From Planctomycetota bacterium (GTDB lineage: Bacteria > Planctomycetota > UBA8108 > SXIK01), in contig CBDCXR010000004.1 in the NCBI GenBank assembly GCA_965223845.1, positions 7,328,001 through 7,392,000 on the forward strand: a stretch of 64,000 nt of DNA, in the 5' to 3' direction. A model generated the notes under the pieces. The model was given only the letters and a program-made list of their open reading frames with translations. It had not been told where the DNA came from and did no database searches. Positions 10,903-20,486 of the stretch are shown piece after piece; position 1 is the stretch's first letter, and each line of letters opens with the position of its first letter. The position numbers and the translations under genes are program-made.

Positions 10903-11682
10903 TTAGCGAAGAGCCGAACCGAATCGCGGCAAGAGCTGCGTTAGACCCGGGCGCTCTCCCGCGTCTCCGCTGTCGCCTTCTCCAGCCGCGTTTCGGTGCG
11001 CTCCGTCTTCCTCTCCGAGTACTTGGCTTTCGAGGCTCGCCGTCACGAAGTGGCGGTAGAGATGCTCGAGAAACTCCGGAAAGAGCGCGCGCGCTTCCGC
11101 GAGATTGCGCGACAGGAGATCGGCGAAGCGTTCGAGCTGATGGGTGCAGTCGTCGTAGAAGCCGTCCATGAGAACGAGGAAGAGTCCGTAGTCCTCGGGT
11201 TCCATGTAATCCGTCGGCGAGAGCTCGCTCAGCGCGTTCTCGAGACGTGAAAGCAGGCTGCGCGAGCGTCGAACGCGGCGAAGCGGGGCGGCTGCGGACG
11301 GGCGTTCCCGTCGACTCGCGAGGACGTCGCCCATCTGGCGGAGCACGTACGCGGCGAATCGTTCGCGCGAAAGCGTACCCGCGCAGGAGATGAGCTCGTC
11401 GATCGTCTGCGTGGCGAGAGGGGAGCCCCGCGTGAGCGGTGAGAGCAGCCGGTTCGTGAGCGCGACGAACTGGCGGGCGCCGTAGAGAAAGATCGTCGCC
11501 GAAGAAAGGACGGTGCCGACGATCTCCTGCGGGACGTCGCGTTCGGCGAGAAGCTGCGCGAGCGCGACGGTGTAGACCTTCGGCTCGGCTTCGGGGACGG
11601 CGACGGGCGCGGTGTGTGCGCCCTCGAGCATTCCGGGCGGAAACTCGATCGGGCTCCAAGCCTCGGATGCCGGCTCAATCAT
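10903..11682 (-). CDS. Hypothetical protein
   Basis: Protein-like composition, GAGAGG RBS before ATG 11682, directly downstream of the methyltransferase. Confidence 0.65.
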   Translation of the reverse strand: MIEPASEAWSPIEFPPGMLEGAHTAPVAVPEAEPKVYTVALAQLLAERDVPQEIVGTVLSSATIFLYGARQFVALTNRLLSPLTRGSPLATQTIDELISCAGTLSRERFAAYVLRQMGDVLASRRERPSAAAPLRRVRRSRSLLSRLENALSELSPTDYMEPEDYGLFLVLMDGFYDDCTHQLERFADLLSRNLAEARALFPEFLEHLYRHFVTASLESQVLGEEDGAHRNAAGEGDSGDAGERPGLTQLLPRFGSALR

Positions 11683-11733
11683 CGAAATCCTCTCGGAGGT
11701 GTTTCGTCGCGGTTCGTCGGGCCGTTCGCGCAC

Positions 11734-12408
11734 TCAATCCCGTGGTATCCCGCGCACGGCCACATGCCGGTCATTGATGCGGCGGACCTCGAGGCCCGCG
11801 AGCCCCGCGGCGCGCAGTTGCGCGCGGATCTCTCCCGGAGTGTACGCGGCGAGGAGGGATTGATAAAAGAGCTGCCGGAGGAGCGGGGAGGCGTCCGCAG
11901 CGTGAAGACGTTCGAGCTCGCGCGCGGCGCGCTTCGTCGGTGGGCGCGTGAGATCTTGAACCATCACCCCGCCGCCGGGTCGTACGAGACGCTTTACTTC
12001 GCGCCAAAACGGCACGGGGTCGTCGAGGTGGTGGAGAAGGCTGTTCGAGAAGACGAGATCGAACGGACCGCGTGCGGCACGCAGCCGCTTCGCGTCGTCG
12101 CGGACAACGCGAACGCGCCGCGAGAGTCCTGCCTCCGCAACTCGCTGCTTCGCTTCGCGCACCATGTCCGCCGATAGATCGACGGCCGTCACGCGCCACT
12201 TCGGCGCGATGCGGGCGAACTCGATCGCGATGTCGCCCGGTCCCGTCCCGAGGTCGAGCGCGCGACCGGCCGCGCGCGGTAAAACGCGCAGCGCCCGGCG
12301 CGCGCACCGGCGATTCACCGCCGCGAAGTCGGCGGCCGCGTACGCGTCGTCCTCGCGCGCCGACATGACTTCCGGTTCCGGAGTGCGGGGGATCGGTGCG
12401 GTCGGCAT
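11734..12408 (-). CDS. Class I SAM-dependent methyltransferase
   Basis: LDLGTGPG, VDLSADM, SNSLLHHL motifs; RTPEPEVM N-terminus. Confidence 0.85.
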   Translation of the reverse strand: MPTAPIPRTPEPEVMSAREDDAYAAADFAAVNRRCARRALRVLPRAAGRALDLGTGPGDIAIEFARIAPKWRVTAVDLSADMVREAKQRVAEAGLSRRVRVVRDDAKRLRAARGPFDLVFSNSLLHHLDDPVPFWREVKRLVRPGGGVMVQDLTRPPTKRAARELERLHAADASPLLRQLFYQSLLAAYTPGEIRAQLRAAGLAGLEVRRINDRHVAVRGIPRD

Positions 12409-12702
12409 CGGGGACGAGCTCCGGGCGAGGGAAGGACGAAGAACGTAGATCGTACCGGCGTAGGGGGTCGTTTTCGCCTGTTCTGCTGCTCGCGGATCGC
12501 GTTGGGTTTTACGACCGGCAAACCTGCGCACCGCCGTGCGACGGGGGAATCTTCCGAGCGATGGGTTCGACGCCCTCGGGTCCCGCATCGCGCGCGGGGA
12601 TCACGGATGTGATCTCACCTTGCGCTCCTTCCGCGATCCCGGCACCCTTGGGTCTTTCCTGAGGACTCCATTCGCTCGCCATCGCCGAGGAGACGCCCAT
12701 CC

Positions 12703-14694
12703 ATGTCCGAATCTCCGCTCGAATCGCCGACCGGATCGACCGAGTCGAATCGCGAGTTTACGATCGCCGCGATTGTCCTCGGGATCGTTCTTTCGATCGT
12801 CCTCGGTGCGGCGAACGTCTACCTCGGGCTCAAGGTCGGGATGACCGTCTCGGCGTCGATTCCCGCGGCGGTGATCGCCATGGCGCTCTTTCGCGTCATT
12901 CGGCGCGGCGGGAACTCGATCCTCGAGAGCAACCTCGTTCAGACGGCGGCGTCGGCGGGCGAGTCGCTCGCCGCGGGGATCATCTTCACGATGCCGGCGC
13001 TCGTCATCGCGAACATCTGGCCCTCGTTCGCGGGTTGGGAGCGTTTCTTCGTGATTTCGGCGATCGCGATCGGCGGCGGTCTCCTCGGAATCCTCTTCAT
13101 GATTCCGATGCGCCGCGTGTTCGTCGTCGAGAACAAGGAGCTTCAGTATCCCGAGGGAGTCGCTTGCGCCGAGGTGCTCCGAGCGGGAGCAGAAGCGGGC
13201 CGCGGCGCGGCGCTCGTTCTCGGCGGGATCGTCGCCGGTGCAGCGATCAAGTTCCTCGCGAAGCCGTTTCACCTGATCCACGAGTCGGTTGAGCGCGCGA
13301 TCGATGCCGGTCAGCGTGTGTTCTACGTCGGATCGGACGTGTCCGGTGCGCTGATCGGCGTCGGTTTCATCGTGAAGCTTCCGATCGCGGTGCTGATCTT
13401 TCTCGGCGGAGCGCTCGCGTGGATCGTGACTCTGCCCATCCTCGGTGGGTACACGGGGGAGGCTGGGGCGACTCCGGTGTCCTACGCGTGGGATGTCTGG
13501 GGCGAGGAGATCCGCTACATGGGCGTCGGTGCGATGATCGTTGCCGGCCTCACGAGCATCTGGACCGTGCGCCACGGACTGAAAGCCGCTTTCGATGAGG
13601 TCACCGGGCGGTTTCGCACCGACGGCGGGGCGGCGGCTCCTCGGCACGAGCGAAACATCGGAAACAAGACTCTCGTCGTGACCGGCACGTTCACGATCGC
13701 TGCCATCGCCGCGCTCTACTGGTACGTCACGGGCGACGTCCTCGTCTCGGCGATCGTCCTCGTCGCGATGATCCTTCTCTCGTTTTTCATCACCGCGGTC
13801 GCTAGTTACATCGTCGGTCTCGTCGGCAACTCGAACAGTCCCGTCTCGGGCATGACGATCACCGCGCTTCTCATCACGTCAGGGCTGGTCTACCTCTTCG
13901 GCTACGACGGAGGGGTCGCGGTGATCGCGACGCTGGGAGTCGCGGGCGTCGTCTGCTGTGTCGCGTGCACCTCGGGCGACGTGTGCAACGATCTCAAGAC
14001 CGGGCACATGGTCGGCGCGAGCCCTAGGAATCAGCAGATCCTGCAGATCGTCGGCGTCGCGGTCGCGGCCTTCGTCATGTGGCCGGTGCTTCACGTCCTT
14101 CACGAGAGCAACATCGCCGAGGGCGGCGAAGGGATCGGGGGAAAGCAGCTCGGCGCGCCGCAGGCGAGTCTCTTCGCGAATCTGACGAAGGGATTCTTCA
14201 TGACGGACGGCGAGTCGCAACTTCCTCAAGAGATGCTCTGGACGGGCGTCGCGGTCGGCATCGCGGTCTACGTCGCCGATCTCGTTTGGAAACACCTGCG
14301 ACCGAACACTGGCTTTCGTCTCCATCTGATGCCGATGGCCGTCGGGATCTACCTCCCACTCACGGTGTCTACACCGATCCTTCTCGGCGGAATCGCGGCG
14401 TCGATCGCGAGCTGGATGGCGCCGATGCGCACCGCCGATGATTCCGACGCTGCGCTCGCCGAAGCGCGCGAAGGGAGTCGCGGCGGTGTTCTTCTCGCGT
14501 CGGGAATCATCGCCGGGGAATCGCTTGCGGGAGTCCTCTGGGCATTCGTGATGTTCTTCTCCGCACCCGGTGACGGAGGGGCGGCGGGAAGCAGCTGGTT
14601 CAGCGGTCCGTATTCGCTCCTCTCGCTGCTCGTCCTCATCGTCATCCCGGTGGCGCTCATCCTCGTCTCGCGTACGCGCACTCCGAGGGCTTGA
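12703..14694 (+). CDS. OPT family oligopeptide transporter
   Basis: ANVYLGLKVGMTVSASIPAAVI, YPEGVACAEVL, NSPVSG, DLKTGH, APQA motifs; many TM helices. Confidence 0.92.
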   Translation: MSESPLESPTGSTESNREFTIAAIVLGIVLSIVLGAANVYLGLKVGMTVSASIPAAVIAMALFRVIRRGGNSILESNLVQTAASAGESLAAGIIFTMPALVIANIWPSFAGWERFFVISAIAIGGGLLGILFMIPMRRVFVVENKELQYPEGVACAEVLRAGAEAGRGAALVLGGIVAGAAIKFLAKPFHLIHESVERAIDAGQRVFYVGSDVSGALIGVGFIVKLPIAVLIFLGGALAWIVTLPILGGYTGEAGATPVSYAWDVWGEEIRYMGVGAMIVAGLTSIWTVRHGLKAAFDEVTGRFRTDGGAAAPRHERNIGNKTLVVTGTFTIAAIAALYWYVTGDVLVSAIVLVAMILLSFFITAVASYIVGLVGNSNSPVSGMTITALLITSGLVYLFGYDGGVAVIATLGVAGVVCCVACTSGDVCNDLKTGHMVGASPRNQQILQIVGVAVAAFVMWPVLHVLHESNIAEGGEGIGGKQLGAPQASLFANLTKGFFMTDGESQLPQEMLWTGVAVGIAVYVADLVWKHLRPNTGFRLHLMPMAVGIYLPLTVSTPILLGGIAASIASWMAPMRTADDSDAALAEAREGSRGGVLLASGIIAGESLAGVLWAFVMFFSAPGDGGAAGSSWFSGPYSLLSLLVLIVIPVALILVSRTRTPRA

Positions 14695-14938
14695 TTCGGG
14701 CTTCATAGGCCTCCTAGCGCGTGTCCAGAACGTCCTCCGCTTCCGCCGCCGAGGTTTCCGGTCGTCGGTTCAGCCGATAACCGCCTGCGAACGGCCCCGT
14801 CCGTGTCGCTGGGGTAGGTTTCTGTAGCTGCCCGCTCGTTCTCGAGTGATTCGTGCCCGGCTTCGGTCGTAGAGCGAACGACGAGCGGAGCTGAGCGCTT
14901 CACACCACCTCACACCGGAAGCGAGAGGCCAGGGGACA

Positions 14939-15673
14939 ATGAAACCTTCAGTGATCATTTGTGCGGGCATCGGTGGACTCGTGGGTGCGCTCGTTTGGGG
15001 CGGGATCATCGCGCTCACGGGTTATGAAGTCGGCTATGTGGCGTGGGGCGTCGGCGGACTCGTCGGATTCGGTGCGCTGCTCGGCGGCGGCCGAGGTGCG
15101 AACGCGGCGACGGTGGCGGCCGGTGTGACGGTCGTCGCGATCTTCGCGGGGAAGGTGATCGGCGTCGAAGGCGGGAAGCACCACATTTACGAGCAGCTCG
15201 CGGAGTCGCTTCCCCGCGAGTTCTACGACCAGTCGGTCGAAGAGGCGAAGCTGTTCGCGCGGCTGAGCGGTCCGGAAGCGTTCGCGCAGTTCATGATCGA
15301 CAACGCCTACACGCAGGCGACTCGACCGAGCGAGGTGACAGCGGAGGAGCTCGACGTCTTCACGAAGATCAACGCACCGGTGCTCGAGAAGATCCATCTC
15401 GAGAACTTGACGTTCGAAGAGTGGCGCCTCGTGTTCGCCGAGCACCAGTTCCGCTACGGCATGGCGGAAATCGGAACGGCGTCGCTCGTCGTCGAGAGCC
15501 TGAGCGTCATGGACGCCATCTTCTTCGTGCTCGGGATCGCTACTGCGTACAGCCTTGTCCAGAAGGCGGACCAGGTCATGCCGGAGCAGAAGGTGCCGTT
15601 CCCGTCGAAGTCCGCGCGCGAGCGCGCGAGGACTCCGCAGCGAAACGAAGAGCGCGAACCGGTCGAGGCTTGA
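14939..15673 (+). CDS. Hypothetical membrane protein
   Basis: Gly-rich N-terminal TM helices (GYEVGYVAWGVGGLVG) and C-terminal TM (DAIFFVLGIATAY). Confidence 0.7.
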   Translation: MKPSVIICAGIGGLVGALVWGGIIALTGYEVGYVAWGVGGLVGFGALLGGGRGANAATVAAGVTVVAIFAGKVIGVEGGKHHIYEQLAESLPREFYDQSVEEAKLFARLSGPEAFAQFMIDNAYTQATRPSEVTAEELDVFTKINAPVLEKIHLENLTFEEWRLVFAEHQFRYGMAEIGTASLVVESLSVMDAIFFVLGIATAYSLVQKADQVMPEQKVPFPSKSARERARTPQRNEEREPVEA

Positions 15674-15700
15674 CCTGCGGCCGGGACCTCCGTCCGCGGC

Positions 15701-16873
15701 TCAGCGATTTCGTGCGGTCACCGGCTCCGCGGCGCACTCGAGCCGTCCGTCGTCCCCGACGATCGCGAAGTGTTCCCAGAGATTGACGCAGGAGCAGATG
15801 TGCTTCGGCGCGACGAGCACGGGATCGCCGACTCTGAGTTCGGGCGTCTCCGGTCCGCGGCGAAGCACTAGGTGCTCTTCGGTCGCCGAGACGAATTCCA
15901 AACCGGGCACGCTGAATGCTTCGGGCGGTCCGGCGTCGATGCCGAAGCGCTTGTGGCCGAGATTGAGCGTCACGAGATCGCCGCCCGGCAGATCCATCAC
16001 CTGCGCGATGATGAGGGCTGCGAGCTCGAACTGACCGGGAACGATCGCGTCGTAGTTCGTGTCCCAGTAGATCCACGTACCCGGCGAGACCTCGACGTGT
16101 GCGTCGAGCCGGTGGACGCGAGTGAGCTCGTCGAGGTCTTCGCGGAAGGGCGGTGTGCCGGCGACGGTCACTCGCTTCGGCGGTGCGCCGATCCGCTCGA
16201 GGACGCGGACGCACTCGACCACGGGAGCCATCGCTCTCTGCGCGATCGCGCGGCGCTCGTCGGCGTCGCGCGCATGGTTGTGCCCGTCGTAACCGTGGAT
16301 CCCTTCGAGCTGGAGGACGCCGTAGTGATCTCCACCGAGAAGGAGTCGGGCGAGCGACTCGACCCGTTCCGGAGCGCTTCCCGTGCGCTCCCCACCGACG
16401 TTCACGTCGATGAGAACTGGAATTTCGATTCCGTGCCGGCGGGCGGCGCTCGCGAGGGTGGAAGCGTGAGCTTCGCAGCCGACCTGGGCGATGATCCGAA
16501 CCTCGGGGAAGCGCGCGGACCAGTGCGCGACGCGGTCGGCTTCCCGCGGAAGGAGTGGATAAGCGACGAATACGTCGCGAGCGCCGCCCTCGACGAGCAT
16601 CTCGAGTTCGTGCGGCGTGCACTTGAAGCGCTCGATTCCGGCTTCGAGCATCCGCTCGGTCGTCCACGCGGATTTGTGCGTCTTGACGTGCGTGCGCAGG
16701 TGAGCGAAGTCGCTTCCGGGAACGACTTCGTTGAGAGCGTCACGCATGCGCCGCAGATTCGCCTCGACGAACTCGCGATAGACGACGAGACGCGGCGTCG
16801 ACAGTCGACCGAGGAGCGGGAGAGAGTAACGGTCGGGATCGAGGGGCGCGGCTCGGTGGATTCGCTGGATCAT
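15701..16873 (-). CDS. PLP-dependent fold III enzyme (D-threonine aldolase / D-serine dehydratase family)
   Basis: RTHVKTHK PLP-lysine motif, RTG, HGYDGH, EEH, PKHIC. Confidence 0.85.
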   Translation of the reverse strand: MIQRIHRAAPLDPDRYSLPLLGRLSTPRLVVYREFVEANLRRMRDALNEVVPGSDFAHLRTHVKTHKSAWTTERMLEAGIERFKCTPHELEMLVEGGARDVFVAYPLLPREADRVAHWSARFPEVRIIAQVGCEAHASTLASAARRHGIEIPVLIDVNVGGERTGSAPERVESLARLLLGGDHYGVLQLEGIHGYDGHNHARDADERRAIAQRAMAPVVECVRVLERIGAPPKRVTVAGTPPFREDLDELTRVHRLDAHVEVSPGTWIYWDTNYDAIVPGQFELAALIIAQVMDLPGGDLVTLNLGHKRFGIDAGPPEAFSVPGLEFVSATEEHLVLRRGPETPELRVGDPVLVAPKHICSCVNLWEHFAIVGDDGRLECAAEPVTARNR

Positions 16874-16984
16874 GTTCGAGAACAGGGACAGTCGTCTCCG
16901 CGTCCAGGGCGCGAAACCGCGCGGCTGCGGCCGCGCTCGCCGGTTCGCCGCGTTCCCTCGGGGAGGGCGCGACGGGGCAGAATA

Positions 16985-17017
16985 CGAAACGAGGGCGACT
17001 CCTTCGAGTCGCCCTCG
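16985..17017 (-). terminator. Putative intrinsic terminator after rpmB
   Basis: CGAGGGCGACTC-4nt-GAGTCGCCCTCG perfect hairpin followed on the minus strand by TTTCGTATT. Confidence 0.6.
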
Positions 17018-17062
17018 GTGATTCGCTCAGTTCGGTGTCGACTCGCCGAGCCGTACTCGGGC

Positions 17063-17365
17063 TTATGCCGACTCTTTCTTCTTTCGCCGCGGGCGCCGCT
17101 CCTTGATCAGCCCGGCGTCGAGGAGAGTCTTGAACGCGCCGTTCTTCGTGATGTTGCGGATCGCCTTGGCTGAGATCCGAACGCGAACGTGCTGGCCGAG
17201 CTCGGCGACCCAGACGCGCTTCCACTGCAAGTTTGCCTTGAACTGGCGGCGAGCGATGCCGGTCGTTTTCTTACCGACACCGCCCTTCGCCTTCGCGAGG
17301 CCGCGGCGGGAGATCTTGTTGCCGAACGAGGTGCGACGCCCGGTGACCTGGCAAACGCGACTCAT
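17063..17365 (-). CDS. rpmB: 50S ribosomal protein L28
   Basis: MSRVCQVTGRRTSFGNKISRRG...RRQFKANLQWKRVWV...VRISAKAIRNI. Confidence 0.95.
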   Translation of the reverse strand: MSRVCQVTGRRTSFGNKISRRGLAKAKGGVGKKTTGIARRQFKANLQWKRVWVAELGQHVRVRISAKAIRNITKNGAFKTLLDAGLIKERRPRRKKKESA

Positions 17366-17653
17366 GTTCGTCCTCCTCCAGAGCCCGGGGCCTCTGGTTT
17401 CGGGCGGGCGAGAGTGCACGCCGAACCGATCGGGCTCCGGTGGGGTATCGAGTAGTTGCGCTCGACCGACCCGGGACACGCGAGTGCCGCGCTCGGCCTT
17501 CCTAGGGCCGCGGGGGCGTCGAGACGAAGGGGAGTTCGTACCATAGGCTCGAGCTCAGTCGCAAGGCAAAACGCCGGCCAAGCCGTTGTGGCCCCGCGAG
17601 TTTCGTCGAATCGCCCCGCACTCGGAGCGCAGCGCTGAGGCCGCTCCCGTTCT

Positions 17654-18571
17654 TCAGGAAGCGCGCCAGCGGCGGACGGTGCCGTCGGGATCCACCTCGA
17701 CGATCACGTCGTCCTGATCGGTGCGCCGTTTCGGAGGCGGCTTGCGATCGCCGGTCGCAGAGGGGAATCCCGACCCGAATCGAAAGACGATCCGGCCGGT
17801 CGGGCTCCCGGCGAACGGGTGCCCCGGCCGCGGGTGGGCTCCCGGCGTGCCGGAGGAGAATCCGCTCCATCCACCGCCGCTCGACCTCGGACCCGGCGGC
17901 GGGCCGGTCGCAAACGGTGGGGGCGATCCCCAGGCGCTCGCTGCCATCTCGGTCGCGGCGGCCGAGTAGACGAAGAACGCGATCAGAACGAGCATGAAGT
18001 GTCCCGAGACGATGCCCACCAGTCCGAGCGCGATCGCGGTGAACTGCCCGATGCGGCCCGCGATGCGCGTCGCGCGGACGTAGGGGATCCGCGTCGCCAG
18101 AAGCGCGCGGAGAATCCTCCCGCCGTCGAGTGGGAACCCGGGAATCAGGTTGAACAGCCCGAGCGCTAGATTGACGTAGATCGGAAACAGGAGAGCGGGC
18201 CAGGCGGCAGCCCAGTAGGCGAGGCCGAACGCACCGGCGAGCACGAAGTTCACGGCCGGACCCGCCGCGGTGATGATCAGCTCGGCGCGGGGTTCGCGAG
18301 GAATATGCGCGAGCTTCGCGATCCCGCCGATCGGGTAGAGCGTGATGTCGCGGACGGAGACCCCCAGCGACTGGGCGGCGATCGCGTGTCCGAGCTCGTG
18401 GAGGAGGACGAACAAGAAGACGAGCCCGACCAGACCGAGCGCCGCTCCGATCCCCGCGAGACCGGCGGACGATCCGGCTGCGAGCGCGTAGAGGAGGCCG
18501 AACACGATCAGCGTCCAGTGGACGCGAATCGGGATGCCGAACGCGCGTGCGATCAAGATCGGTCGAAACAT
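17654..18571 (-). CDS. Site-2 protease (M50 family)
   Basis: HELGH, AGPAVN, FNLIPGFPLDGGR motifs; Pro/Gly-rich C-terminal tail. Confidence 0.9.
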   Translation of the reverse strand: MFRPILIARAFGIPIRVHWTLIVFGLLYALAAGSSAGLAGIGAALGLVGLVFLFVLLHELGHAIAAQSLGVSVRDITLYPIGGIAKLAHIPREPRAELIITAAGPAVNFVLAGAFGLAYWAAAWPALLFPIYVNLALGLFNLIPGFPLDGGRILRALLATRIPYVRATRIAGRIGQFTAIALGLVGIVSGHFMLVLIAFFVYSAAATEMAASAWGSPPPFATGPPPGPRSSGGGWSGFSSGTPGAHPRPGHPFAGSPTGRIVFRFGSGFPSATGDRKPPPKRRTDQDDVIVEVDPDGTVRRWRAS

Positions 18572-18956
18572 GGGCTCTCCGTAGGGCCGGGCCGCGAGCT
18601 CGGAGCGCCGCGTTCTACGGCCATTCGCCGATGCGGCGGCTCCGTCGCAAGTCCTCTCTGTTCTTTCGGTCGGACGAGCGAGATCGTCGCTCGTTTCCGC
18701 CCCGCGGGGTTTTTTAAGCATTTCCCGTGCCAGGAGAGGGGCGGCTCCGGCGGAGGAGTCCTTAAGCTCAATCATTGACGCGGTTTAGGATTCGAAACGC
18801 TCCCACATGAGGCTCGATCCGAACCGAGCACCCGACTCCGGTCGGGCCGGATGAGGAGGAGCGCAGCCTCGGCGGCTGCCGAAGTGGCAGCCGCCGTTCG
18901 CTCTAGCGAACAGCGAGACGGGACCCGAACGGCGTGGCCGTCACGAACCGCAGGAT

Positions 18957-20192
18957 CTAAGGGAGAGCCGGGGTGACCGTGATGTTTCGAAACCAGATCT
19001 TCCCGTGGTCTCCCTGGAGGAGGAGGGGACCCGCCTCAGACTCCCAAGGCGAGATGGCGCCGCCAGTGATCCCGTCCAAGTGTTCGTTGTCGATCACGGT
19101 CTTCCCGTTCAGAACGACGGTGAGCCAGCGACCGATGAGCGTGATGTCGTAGGTTTGCCAGGTCTCCGGCGGGGCGCTCGCGTTCAGTTTGGGCGAAAGC
19201 CGACTGTAGACCGCGCCGTTCCCGTGGGGGCGCACCTTTCCTCCTTCGTGGTCATCGAGGATTTGCACCTCGTAGCGGCCGCGAAGGTAGACTCCGCTGT
19301 TTCCCCGCTTCACGACCTTGTACTCGATGTGGAGCTTGAAGTCGTCGAACGCGGCCTCCGACTGAATGTCGATGTCGCCTTTCTCGCCGTTCGAGAGAAT
19401 CGCGTTCTCGCACGTCCAACCGAACTTCCGCGGCTGAAAGTTACGCGGTTTCCACCCGGCGAGTCCGTTTGCGGCGAGCAGTTTCACCGGTTCACCCCAG
19501 CGTCGCTCCCGCGTTGCCACGGTGGGAAGAGTCTCGTCCCCCACGTACGCCGCTCCTTCGAGACGGTCGCCGCGCACCGCCCCGACGAACCGCGCTCGGC
19601 TGCCGTCTCCTGCGGTGAAGACGACGGTCAGCGTCGAGCCCGCGAGGGACACCTCTTGAATCTCGACCGGATTCCCTTGGTCGTCTCCGCCCGTCGCGGA
19701 GAGCGATCCACCCGATGAGACGATCGCGAGCCACCCGCGCGACGTCGATCCGTCGGCTTGTTTCGTTTCGAACTGCCAGCGACCGGTGACGTCGACGTCC
19801 TCCCGACCTCGCCGCGCATACACGTAAAACGGTCCACCCTTTTTCCGTTCGACCGAACCCTCGAGGTCGTCGCCGACGCGGCGAAGAGTGAGCGGCCCCG
19901 CCCAGTCGAGATCGTTCCGTCGGATGAGGAGCTCGCCGCGGTCATCGAGCGAAACGGAGCCCGGCTCGACTTTCCACACGCTCCCCCAGCGCCAGACCAT
20001 CTCTCCGCCGATGGTGTCGCCCGTCTGTGAGAGAACGAGGCTGCACGATCGAAACGTCGAACCCGAATTGACGATCAACATCTCCCATCGGCCGAGGTAG
20101 TCGTCGATCGATCCGGCGGCGGCGACCGTCCCGGAAGGAAGAAACGTCGAGAGGGAAACTGCGAGCGCGATGCAGCGAAAGAGCGGGCGCAT
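18957..20192 (-). CDS. Secreted DUF1080 (3-keto-disaccharide hydrolase-like) protein
   Basis: Signal peptide; C-terminal FDDFKLHIEY, GNSGVYLRGRYEVQILD, LQGDHGKIWFRNI. Confidence 0.85.
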   Translation of the reverse strand: MRPLFRCIALAVSLSTFLPSGTVAAAGSIDDYLGRWEMLIVNSGSTFRSCSLVLSQTGDTIGGEMVWRWGSVWKVEPGSVSLDDRGELLIRRNDLDWAGPLTLRRVGDDLEGSVERKKGGPFYVYARRGREDVDVTGRWQFETKQADGSTSRGWLAIVSSGGSLSATGGDDQGNPVEIQEVSLAGSTLTVVFTAGDGSRARFVGAVRGDRLEGAAYVGDETLPTVATRERRWGEPVKLLAANGLAGWKPRNFQPRKFGWTCENAILSNGEKGDIDIQSEAAFDDFKLHIEYKVVKRGNSGVYLRGRYEVQILDDHEGGKVRPHGNGAVYSRLSPKLNASAPPETWQTYDITLIGRWLTVVLNGKTVIDNEHLDGITGGAISPWESEAGPLLLQGDHGKIWFRNITVTPALP

Positions 20193-20486
20193 GGATGAAC
20201 CTCGTCCGGCGGATCGAGTCAGAAGGAGCGATCGACGATCACGACGCGCGAACGAAGTCCGCGCGCCGATGTTGTACCCCTCGGAGACGCCCGGTCCAAG
20301 TGCGCACACGAGAGGAACACTGCGCTAACATCAGCGGAGTTTCGGCGGTCACGGGTGCCGTAGCATCGCGACTCGTCCGTACGCTACAATCGATTTGTTC
20401 GAATCCCCTTCCGTAACCTCCCCCGGACGCGCCGAACGCGCGAGTTCGCTCGCAGTGTCTTCCGAGGCGCGGATCTCCAGTTTGGA

